DNA from: Raillietiella orientalis | Lineage: Eukaryota | Reading direction: 5' to 3' | Assembly (NCBI GenBank): GCA_036172245.1 | Contig: JAYWIR010000026.1 | Location: forward strand, 2,790,001 to 2,854,000 | Length of the DNA: 64,000 bases | Shown here: positions 52,233 to 62,641 of the stretch, one piece after another | Layout: each line of letters opens with the position of its first letter | How positions within the stretch are numbered: the first letter of the stretch is position 1 | Made by a program: the position numbers and the translations under genes | The notes under the pieces: generated by a model | What the model was told of the DNA's origin: nothing | Database searches by the model: none | Seen by the model: the letters and a program-made list of their open reading frames with translations, nothing else

Positions 52233-54175
52233 CACTGCTGCGGACATGACGGCGTGCTCCTCGCCCCGTCCGGCGAGAAGTCAGCTGGTAGGAGAGCGGA
52301 TTGGGAAGCGGAATCGCTCCCGTTCGCCGCCACATCGCGCCCAGCTGAGTCCTGGGAGCCGAGGATCATCGCCTCGGTCTCCGTGCAGGAGCCGGAACCG
52401 CCTCCGGCAACAGGCTCGTGCTTTCGCACTTTAGCCCGGCGCGCTACCGGCTTACCCCGGGATGCGCGCTCCATTTGTTTGCACTCGGACTCCACCTCGG
52501 AGTCCGAGTGCCTGGCGCGAGACTGGCGTTTTGCCAGTCTCTTTTTGTTTCGGCAGGTGGAGGCTTGCCCTGCCCGCGCGGGGGTCGTCGCAGTTGCCAA
52601 CGCAGCTTCCGGAGCTTTGGCTTCCGCAGCCGCTCTCTCGCGCGAAGCGACGGAGACAGAGCACGCAGCCGTAGTGCGTACCTGGGTACGCACCTTCTTC
52701 GGCGTGCTTCTCTTTTGCCTCCCACCTACTTTAAGGATGGGGAATATTGAAGGGTCAACCTTCTTCTTCCCCTTTGTGGGCGTCCTGGAGACTCGAGTCC
52801 AGCCCGCGTCGGGGACGCCCTCCTGGCAGGCCGACGCCTCCCTCAATTGTTTGGCCGGAGATGCCGGCTCACGTTTCGCGCTCGCGGCGGGAGACGGCTC
52901 CGTCCCCGTTACGCACTGCACCTGCTCCTTAGCCGATGCGGGCGAAACGGCGGTCATTGCCGTCGTCCCGCGAGGCGCTATTGCAGCCTTCGCTGCTCGT
53001 GCCTTCGGCGTGGAAGACGTGATCTCCACCGCCGTAGGAGGAGACTGCCGTTCAGAGGCATCTCCGAGGGTACCCGCGCACGGTTTCCCGTGTGCTGCGC
53101 TGGACGCGCAAGCGGACGCGGACGGTTCAGCAGCCTTGATTGAGTGTGTGCCCGCACTCTTAGGCTGCTTCGAAGGGGGCGATTTGCCCCCAGGGCGACG
53201 TGGCGTCTTTCCCATCTGCGCGGTTCTCTGGGATGGTGGCTTTCCTGAAGCAACCGCGCCCTTTTTCGCAGGACCGCCACTCGAAGATGATCCGCCCTTT
53301 GCGCTTGATTTCTACCGTGGCACAACGGGGGATCTTTTCGGCGCGGACGGGGTAGATTGTTGGCGGCCTTTCGCCTGCCGCTTCCTCTTCAGCTCGGCGC
53401 ACTCTTTGATGGAGTGGCCGAGCTGTTTACAATAGCGGCAGTTGCGTGAAGGGCACGTCCACGGACGGTGGCCCTCGGCACCGCAAATGCCACAAGCCGG
53501 TCGCTAACCGGCAAATTTAAGGTGGACGATCGCATCGCCCACCTGCAAGTGCGGAGGCATTTGCCTCCTATCCTCCATGGTGACACGCGCCATGGCAAGT
53601 CCGCTGTGGAGAGATGCAATCCTTTTGATCGGATTGTCTGCTCTCCACAGCGCGTGAACCGTGGCGAATGCACTTATGGCAGCAACGAGCACACGATCGG
53701 GCGTGTCCACCTGGACGGCGGATAATCGGACCACGAACGACTGGTTCATGGCCGACGGGACGACCTCCTTCCCGAGGATATTTAGCGGGGTGCGGAGAAG
53801 GCGCTGGACTAGGGATGCCTCCTTGCAGTGCACCTCCCAGTGTCCGAGCGCGTTAACCTGCATGACGGCCAGGAGGTCGTCCTGTCGGACCCCGACGCGC
53901 AAAAGCTCGTCCCACAAATTCTCTCCGACCCCGTCGGAGATCGCAGCACTCACCGGATAGCAGAGCGCAGGCTTGTAGCCATGGGCTGCATATGCCTGCA
54001 GCTCCGCTGCGTCGGGCGGTGCTCTGTTGGCTGCCGCCGCCTTGACGACGGCGGCGAAGCTTCTCGCCGGTGGCGAGACACAAGAATCAGAGGCGGACCG
54101 GACATCTGGAGTAGAGTCTCCACTGCCAGTAGCAGCCGCTACATCCAACTTTTGCTGCAGGGGCTTCGTGGACAT
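52232..54175 (-). pseudogene. Family A ORF1 (gag-like, two CCHC knuckles), with stop/frameshift
   Basis: RSFAAVV, TVHALWR, CGICGAEGHRPWTC and CRYCKQLGHSIKEC, followed by a long A/S/P/K-rich tail. Confidence 0.85.
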
Positions 54176-57100
54176 CCCAGTGGACGCACTCGGGCACACC
54201 ACACACAAGAAGACGGAAAGGAATCACGCTCGTGGAGCAACACAGAACACGTCCGTGCGCCGTCGTAGTGGAGCGTATTCCCGACCGCTGCGAAAAAGAA
54301 TTCACCGCTACCGACGACAACCCCTCTGTTGACTTCGTCAACAGCGAGGGGAGCGAGCCGGCGGCGGCGTCCGTCATCGACATCACCATCGATGACGTAG
54401 CCTTCGCGGGAGCCGCGGAGGAGCTGGCAGCCTCGTTGCAGCCAGAACCCTCCAAGGCTGGCAAGAAGGCCGTAAGGCGCTTGGCCTCCCATCAGGAGTC
54501 CCCCACTACCGACCCCGAGGTGGAGGCCGGAAGCGGAGACTCCGTTTCCACGGCACCGCGCAAGAAGGCTGGACGTAAGTGCACAAAGCCAAGGAAGCTC
54601 GTCTCCCCCGTCGAAGGGAAGGAGATGGCTTCCGCAAGCGAGGGTGCCATGAGCGTGGTAAACTCTCGGGACCCGTCGCCCGAGAGACTCCCACGCGCCG
54701 ACACGGAAGGGATGGAAAGGGTGGAGGCCGAACAGGTGCCTCAGGTGCCTGAGAAGGCCGAAACTTCCATGGACCTTTCGACTGCCTCGCAACAGGAGGG
54801 CTCCCTCACACATTAATCTTCCCAGCAGTAATGCCGGGAATCTCCTCCCGCCGTCGTCTGCGCATCGCCGTTTGGAACGTAAACAACATGACAGACGCCG
54901 GCAGGTGAGGAGACATGGCCGCCCTTCTGAAGTCCTACGAACTTGCGCTGCTGTAGGAGATCCACGTGATCTCTGCAAAACAAGCGCAAGAGATCGAACG
55001 GATCTCCGGAGGGCGGCTGTGGTACAGGTGTGGGAGAGCGAAAAGTTGCGGTGTCCCCTACCTGCTTCGGCCAGCCGTCGAGGCCGCGGCTTGAAACGTG
55101 CGGTTCGACGATCACGGTCTTTTCAGCCAGCTGACTCTCAGGTGGTCCGACTCGATCGATCTGATCGTCACGAACGTGTACGCACCGAGCGGCGCGGACC
55201 TGATGACCAGCAAGGCGATGAAAGAGTTCTTCCTTGCCCTCCGGCGAGACTGGCTGACCGAAGCAAGCGTGCGGAATGCCCATCTGGTTGCAGGCGATTG
55301 CAACGTTTGCCTGAAAGCAGATGGGCAGAATCCCGAGCGTGACCTGGTCAACGAGGTGTGCATGGCAGTGCACACCTGTAATTTGTTGGCCAGTGCACCG
55401 GGGATGGAAGACAGCATTGACCACGTGTTTCTTGACGAGCACCTGTGCTCTCGCGTGGGCAGGCGCGGCAAGTTACCGTGCGAGCTGTCCGACCATCGCC
55501 CGCTAGTCCTCGAGATCCATCTGCGCGACAGGGGCCTGCCCTCGTCAGCGTGGCGTCTCCCAGGGGACTGGCTGAAGCTCCCGGATGCGGCTGAACATCT
55601 CCGCACGTTCATACAGAGCTTCAGGCTGCGGACACTCCAGGATTGGGACCGCTTCAAGCGTTCCGTCAGGAAGTTCTGCGACCAGTTCCCTCTGCGCCGC
55701 CTGCCTACGGGTTTGGGACCGGGGTCCGTAACTAACGAGCCAAACTGCAGGCCCGTCGTTACCCCAGGACCCCCGATATCCGCAGGCTGGCGGAATACAA
55801 AGCGGGAGCCAAGAGGGAAGCCTGGCAGTCCGGATCGGCCAGCTTACTGGACGATCAGGGCCAGGAGCACTCGGCACCTACCCAAATCCGCGGCCTGCTG
55901 CGGAGTTACTACTCCTCCCTGTATGCCAGGGCACCTTCGGAGAGGAACGTCTCACGACTCCTGCTTTCGGAAGGCGCTCCAACGATCGGGGAGGAGCAGA
56001 GAAAGACCCTCGACGAGCCTTTCACGATGGACGAGATCCTCTCGGCCATCGGAAAGCTCAAGAGGCGAAAGGCTTCAAAGGAGGACGGCCTGCCCGTGGA
56101 GTTTTATCAAACCTTCGCGGCTGAGCTTACCCCACTGGTATAGCAACTCACCTTGCTGATACGCGAAACATGGGACGTTCCCGCCTCGTTTCGTTCGGCA
56201 AAGGTGCGGCTCCTCGCTAATGGAGGAGATCTGAGGAGCATGAACAACTGGCGTCTCATCACAATAGTGAATGCGGACGCCAAGTTGCAAGCAAAGGTTT
56301 GGACAGAGCGTCTGGGACGGGTGGCTAACGCCTTCATCAGCCCGGAACAGACATATGCTGTTGCCGGGCGAAGCATGGAGGCGAACCTGTTCCACGCTTT
56401 TACCTGGCTAGAGCTCCAACATGAAAGGAGCTTGGTGCGCAGCCGGAATTAAGGTGCGTGCGCCGGCAAGGGGTTGGATGGTCGGGTGAAGGAGGGAGCC
56501 CTTGCGGTCGCAATCGACTTGCGGAAGGCATTCGATTGCGTCGACCAGAATCTCCTTCTGGAGCTTCTGGAACGCTTGGGCTTCCTCGCCTCATTAGTGG
56601 CCTATCTGCGCTCCTGCTGGTGCAACGAGCTCATCAACGTCACTTGCAGCGGGCAGACCGTGCACGGCGTGCCGGTGGGGCGTGGGATCCGGCAGGGAGA
56701 CAGCCTGAGCCCCTTGCTCTTCATTTCCTACTTTGAGTTGGTACTGAGAGCGTACAGGGGAACTCTGTGGCACCTGCCTCACGACTGTGCCGGTACGCCG
56801 GCCGTTTCAGCGTACGCGGACCACCTTCTGCTGCTGCTCCCCATGTCCACCCCGGCTTCGGCGGTCGAGGAGTTTTTCGACCTGCTGCATCGGGGAACCG
56901 AACTTACGGTGAACAGGGCGAAGTCGTCCGTGATTCCAGTTGGTGCGGCGTGGGAAGGGCAGCAGGGCTGGGTCAGTTTGGGGATCCCCACGGTGAGGTA
57001 CTTCAAGTACCTTGGTGTGCCGTTGAGGGACTACTCCCCTGCAAAAGCGTGGTCCGGCTGCCTCCAAAAAGTAGAGACGGCGATCGGCCCGTTCCGAGGC

Positions 57101-58642
57101 GGCAGGTTTTTCCTGCCTGAACGGGACGCGATTTGGAACACGTTCGCGGCTCCTCTTCTCCGCCCCCTGCATTCTGTTTGCCCCCCCACAGAGAGAATTA
57201 AGAAGCGGACAAAGGACCTTCTCCGTATCGCCATTTGGGGCAACGGGAGGGCCCGAGTCCGCTTAAAGGATTTGTGCGCTCCTCGTCGGGACGGTGGTCT
57301 GGGCCTCCTGACGCTGGAGCTGCTGGAGCTTCAGCTCCAGTTCCGTATGTCGGCAGTTGTTCCAGAGTTGTGGTGCACCTGTTGGTGCGTCCCTGCACGT
57401 CTCCTTTTCCAGCAAGCCACCGGCAAGACGGGACTGAAGTCGTTTGTTGCACTCCGTCGCCGCGTCAACCGATGCGGACTCCAGCTACGGATGGTGGATG
57501 CGCTGTATCGGAAAAACTCAGGATTGCTCACCTGTCTCCCTTTGAACGGTAGTGCCTGGTTGCAGGAAACCGTTCGAACGTTGGGACAGTTCGGCATGCA
57601 ACGCTCCCAACAGGAACGAAGGTTCCTGTTGGGGGGTTACAGTAGTTACACGCTCCGCGAGATCCTGGAGGATCCAATGAAGAGAGCGTGGGCAGGAAGA
57701 ACGCCCCTCGCTCTGAACTGCCCTCCCTGATGACAGATCTGGACAGCGATGTTGCGGCGAAGTGGGAGGCTTCAGTTGCAATCTCCGGAAAGGAGTAGAA
57801 GATAGGAGAGTGGAAGACGAGCCAGTTAACAGACGCTGCGTCCCCGAGTACGCCTCCCAATGGACTTCTGCGCTGGGGCGCGCTGCTCGATGTTCCCATT
57901 GAACATCTGGAGTGGTCCCCGGTGCTCATGAACTCTTCCGCCCTCCCCTTAAAATGGCAGGAGTCGGCTCTCCTGTTGCAGCACTGGGGACTCCCCTGCA
58001 ACGCCCGCCGACAACACTGGACCTGGGGAGCGGTGGATTCCAATTGCGTCAGGTGTGGGGAACGGGAGTCCCTCCCCCACCTGATTGCGGATTGTGCTGC
58101 CCTTCGGCCCCTTTAGTTTCGCTTTGCCGCCGCCATCGGAATCCCCTGCGGCAAACCCAGGGACGCACTGAAAGCCCTCTTCGTTGCCGACGCCCTTCGG
58201 CCAGCGGCCTCATTAGCAGCTTTGTGCTGCCTACGCGGGGTCGTCACCGCTTGGAGCAAGGCTACGTGAGGACAACGTGACCAGGGTGCCATCCAGCCAG
58301 CCTCCCAGTTCCTAAGGAGGGCGTCCCGATGGCCCCACCTGGATCCAGGAAAACAGAAGGAGCTTGTCGGCATCCTGCAAAGGATGCAACGGCCCCACCA
58401 GCAACTGTGATCCCTTCCCTTACCCTCCCAACTTTTCTTTTCTTTTTTGTTTTGTGTTTTGTTTTTCCCCCTTCCCCCTGCTGCCGTGGTGAATCGTACC
58501 GGTCAGCGAACCGGTGACCCGGTAGGCTCTGTGTTTCTTCGTGCGTGGCTGGAGCAATGTTCCAGCCACTCTACGTCTTTGTAAATGTTTGTTTTATAAT
58601 AAACGCCCTAACGAAATCCGGGTGAAAATCGAACGCCTTGTG

Positions 58643-59995
58643 CGCTCTAGGGCGGACGTGTTTTCTCGTTGCTCCTCGTGCCAGCAAGTCTCCCCCAGTG
58701 CAAGTGTCGTGTGGTTCGGTGGTTGATCAGGCAGCGATGCCTGACGCGAGCACCAGGGATGGCCAGGGGGCAGCGGCAACGCCGCCCCCAGGGGCGATGG
58801 AGGTGGGGGCATCCGCCCCCACAGAATCGGTCCCCGCTGCAGCGCGGGCGTGGAGCGCCGTTGTGTCGGCGCCATCGCCTGCAGCCGCGGCGGAATTGTC
58901 GGCCTATGTAGAGGAGGAGTACAACCCCTCATTGTTCTACAAGGTAGGCAATTTATATTCTTTAGAGAGCGCGCGCGCCTTCTCGAAGGGCATGCGCGCT
59001 CTCGATGTGAAAGAGGAGGAGCCCAGCGCTATGACCATACGCATTGGGGGTCAGTACATTGAGGTCATCTGCAAACAAGCAGAGCTGGCCCAGCGACTGC
59101 TGAAAACCTTCGTGGTGATGGGGACACTCAGGCTCCTCCTCATTACGGCGGGCCGCAGCATGGTGGTCCACCTATTAAACGTCAACGCGCGCATGCGAAA
59201 AGAACAGGTTCGCGCAAGCGTTGGAAGAATGTGGAACGGTCCACGCGCAGTGGTCGAAGGTCAGTCCTTCTGAGGACTACACGGGGCTGCAGCACGGCCA
59301 CGCGGCTGCACGCGTGACCGTTCGGGAGGGCTGCACTCTTCCCCACAAACTGGTGGTCGATGGCGAAACCGTCGACCTATGGTATGTAGAGAATCCGAAA
59401 TACTGCGGCTTCTGCAATACATCGGACCACATGAAAAAGAGGTGTCTTAACGTGCAGTGCCAAGTATGCGGCACAATGGGTCACACGAGGGAGGTGTGCC
59501 CAAAAGCACCAGTGCGGGTGGTTTCCAAGAGAAACCTTAAAAAACGCTCCCAGTTACTGCAAAAAAGGCTGGCAGCGAAAGCTGGTGCGAAGGCTATGCC
59601 ACTCGCGCCTAAGACCGTGGCTGCAACTGTGTCCTTGGCGACCAACACCGAAAAAGTAGAGGCATTTGGCCAGGAGACTGGGTGGCAAGAGGCAACGTCC
59701 AAATAATCAGAGTAGAGGAGGATGGAGAAAAAAATTGTCGACCAACAGAAGAAGAAAGAGCAGGGTACCGCAATAAAGAGTGAGTGCATGTCGTCGTCGA
59801 ACGCGTTCCCGATGTTGCCGAACGTTCCCAGAAAGAACTCGCCGATACTGACGACCTCTCCTCTGTTGACTCTGTCAACAGCGAGGGGAGCTAGCCGGTG
59901 ACGGCGTCCGTCATCGACACCACCATCGATGACGTAGCCTTCGCGCGAGCGGCGGAGGAGGTGGCCGCCTCGTTGCAGCCAGCCTCCTCCAGGCC
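58643..59995 (+). mobile_element. Second tandem family B copy (B2): 5' UTR and ORF1, truncated
   Basis: Near-identical to 47310-48460. Contains CGFCNTSDHMKKRC and CQVCGTMGHTREVC. Confidence 0.92.
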
Positions 59996-60029
59996 AGTTG
60001 GAGGAAGTGTTTTTCCTTCACTCCTCAAA

Positions 60030-62641
60030 GGGTAGTAGAAAAGCGCTTTCTTGAGTGTGGTGTTTTGTGTACATCGTCGGTGTCCAATGGCCACGACGCC
60101 AGAGGACACCGCGATGGAGGTGGGAGTGGGGGAGGCTAGTTCGCCCCCACAGCCTACTGGAGCAGGGGCAGCCGCCCCGGAATCATCCCCGGCCACGCCG
60201 AGGACATGGAGCGCCATGGTGGCCGCGCCCAGCGGAGAAGCCATGGCGGAGATGGCCGCATACAAGGCCTCCGGGTACAAGCCATCGCTTGTCTACCAGG
60301 TAGGCAACTTGTTCGACGGCCGGACAGCGCGCGCCTTCAGCAAAGCGTTGAAGGACGCGAATGTTAATGAGAAGGATCTGGACGGCCTCTCCGTCCTCAG
60401 CGGCGGGCAGCGGGTCGAGGTGGTCTGCAAAGATGTCACCTTGGCTCACCGCCTAATCCATGCGCCGCTGAACGTAGACGGCCGCAAGATCCTGCCAGTA
60501 TCAATGGACCGCGCCGTGGTGGTCCACATGACTGGCATCACCAGCCGCATGACGCGGTCAGCGGTTGGTGAGGAATTAAGAAAGTACGGTGAGGTGCACG
60601 CACTGTGGCCGAAACCCTCCATTTTCGACGGCTTCGATAGCCTTTTTGGTGGGCAGGCTGCAGCGCGGGTCACCGTACGGAAGAATTGTGGGCTTCCCCA
60701 CAAACTACAGGTGGCGCAAGAAAACGTCGACCTGTGGTATGTAGGGAAGCCCCGGTATTGCGGGCATTGTGATGCCGTGGGACACCTACGTAAAAGGTGT
60801 CCCAATATACAATGCCATTTGTGCGAGGAGCGGGGCCACGTTCGGCGCTTGTGCCCCAAACGCCCAACCCCGGTTCCCCCTGCCGCGGAAAAAGCGCAAA
60901 GAAAACGTGCTTCAAAGGTCTCTAGACCTAAAGTAGAAAAGGGCCAGCACAAGCTGCCAACACCTCAACCTCCGGCACGTAAGCCGGAGGATAAACCTTC
61001 TGAAACGGTGGAAGGCGAAGAGGGATGGCAGCTTGTAGAGGCCAGAAAATCAAAGAAACTCCCACCCGCGGAGAGCAAAGAGCGCAAGACGGCCGGTAAG
61101 CCGAAAAAACCCGGTCCGCGCTCGAAAACTCTGCGCGAGTGCACGGTGGCACTAGAACGAATCGTCGTTCCCGAGATTGCCACCCGGAGCGTCGCTCCTC
61201 CCCTTGCCGCTTCCGCTGCGTCCGAGGCTCGCGACGGCGAACCCTCTGTTTACACAGAGGGTGAGCCGCGCGCCATAGCGGCGGTCGAAGCCGCGGACGC
61301 CGCGTTCGCGCAGGCGGCGGAGGAGCTCGCGGTCACGCTGGCCGAGCGTGAGAACCCCTCGCGCAAGGCCGTGCGAAGGCCGGCTCCGGCGAAGAAGGCC
61401 CCAACAGGTGAGTTAGACCTGGGGGCCGGAAGCACATCCTCCTCCTCGGAGGCAACCCCAGGAAGTCGGGACGCAAGTCCCAGAAGCCCAGGAGGCGCCT
61501 CCCCTCCACCAGCGAGGAGGAGAAGACGGAAGCCGTCGCCAGCGTGGGAAATTCGGAGGAGGAAATCCCACGCTCGGAAGCCGTCGATGCGGCCACCCCC
61601 ATGGAGGAGGGTGAACAGGGTAGTGAAGTCCCCCCTGCAGGCGCCGACCCTGAACAGCCCGCCCCCATGGAGGAGGGCGAACAGGTAGGCGCGACTCCAC
61701 CTGCGGGTGATCCGGCCGACGCGCCGGCACCGATGGAGGAGGGGGACCAGGTGCCTTCAGCACCTGACCCCCCTCCTCCACCTAGCGTCCCGCCCCAGAA
61801 GGTGGCGGACGCCACACTGCCGTCTTCCCAGGAGTAACACCTGGGCTCGCCAGTCGCCGTCGGATTCGCGCGGCCTGTTGGAATGTCAACGGGCTGCGCG
61901 ACGACGGTAACAGGCGTGATACAGCCGACAACCTGCGGGAGTTCGACCTGGCCCTGTTGCAGGAGATCCACGTGATCACCGCGGCACACGTCCAGGAGAT
62001 CGAGACGATTGCGGGGTGTCGGCTGTACTGGCAATGCGGCATCCGCAACACCTGCGGGGTCGCGTTCTTCGTGAAGCCGGCCATCGACGCTGCCGTGAAG
62101 GGCGTGCGCTTCGATGACGACGGTCGGGTCGGTCAGCTGACTCTCGGCTGGTACGACTCGATCGATCTGATCGTCACGAATGTGTACGCCCCAACCGGTC
62201 AAAAGGGATACAGCAACCGTACCAGGCTGCTTGAATCCCTGAAGCGCGACTGGCTGGCGAACACGAGCGTGCGGAAGGCTCACCTGATAGCGGGAGATTT
62301 CAATCTCCGCCTGCTAACAGGTGAGCCGGAAACACAAGTGAACGCGATGAACGAGTTGTGCGCCGCCATGCGTGCGCGCAACTTGTTCGCAGGTGAGAGG
62401 GGAATGGTCCGCAGCATCGACCACGTCTTCCTCGACGCTGACCTGTGTTCACCGGTCGGCAAACGGGGGAGGGTTGCGTCAACGTTCTCGGACCATTCCC
62501 GGTTAACTTTTGAGATGCGGCCTCGCGACAAAGGACCGCCATCCAGGGACTGGCGTCTACCCTGGGACTGGACGCGACTCTCAGGTGCGAAGGAACACCT
62601 TCGCGAATACCTGAGAGGCGTCACGCTCCGGAATCTCCATT
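60030..62641 (+). mobile_element. Family D LINE 5' part (ORF1 plus APE endonuclease), cut by the family E insertion
   Basis: ORF1 (see next feature). EN motifs ACWNVNGLRD, LQEIH, TNVYAP, AGDFN, IDHVF and SDH. Confidence 0.93.
60087..61837 (+). CDS. Family D ORF1, gag-like nucleic-acid-binding protein (one frameshift near 61500-61545)
   Basis: MATTPEDT..., RTWSAMVAA, CGHCDAVGHLRKRC, CHLCEERGHVRRLC and an acidic repeat tail. Confidence 0.85.

Larger units (their letters stand above)
48463..54250 (-). mobile_element. Full-length family A Tx1/L1-like LINE, the best-preserved copy
   Basis: ORF1 ~54175-52232 and ORF2 52232-~48670 with few lesions. 3' terminus AATAAACGTCCCGGCGCAACCGGGTAATAAAC. Confidence 0.95.
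47310..58627 (+). mobile_element. Full-length family B LINE (copy B1), interrupted by the family A element at 48463-54250
   Basis: 5' UTR and ORF1 47404-48462 (CGFCNTSGHLKKR, CQVYGTIGHTREVC) resume at ~54255 (VVVERIPD). ORF2 from 54831 has EN (NVYAP, GDCN, IDHVF, SDH), RT (IDLRKAFD, GIRQGDSLSP, YADH, KYLG) and CVRCGERESLPHL. Flanked by TCGAcCGCCTTGcG and TCGAaCGCCTTGtG. Confidence 0.92.

Noticed and set aside
52254..53435. Long antisense ORFs (393 aa here; also 48904..49863 and 61333..62283)
   Set aside because: Shadow frames of GC-rich LINE coding sequence with no independent motifs.
59990..60040. Family D 5' end targeting the RT 'NWRP' motif (compare ~43100)
   Set aside because: The minus-strand LLP...SNW resemblance has the wrong spacing and a stop. 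One clear and one doubtful case are insufficient.
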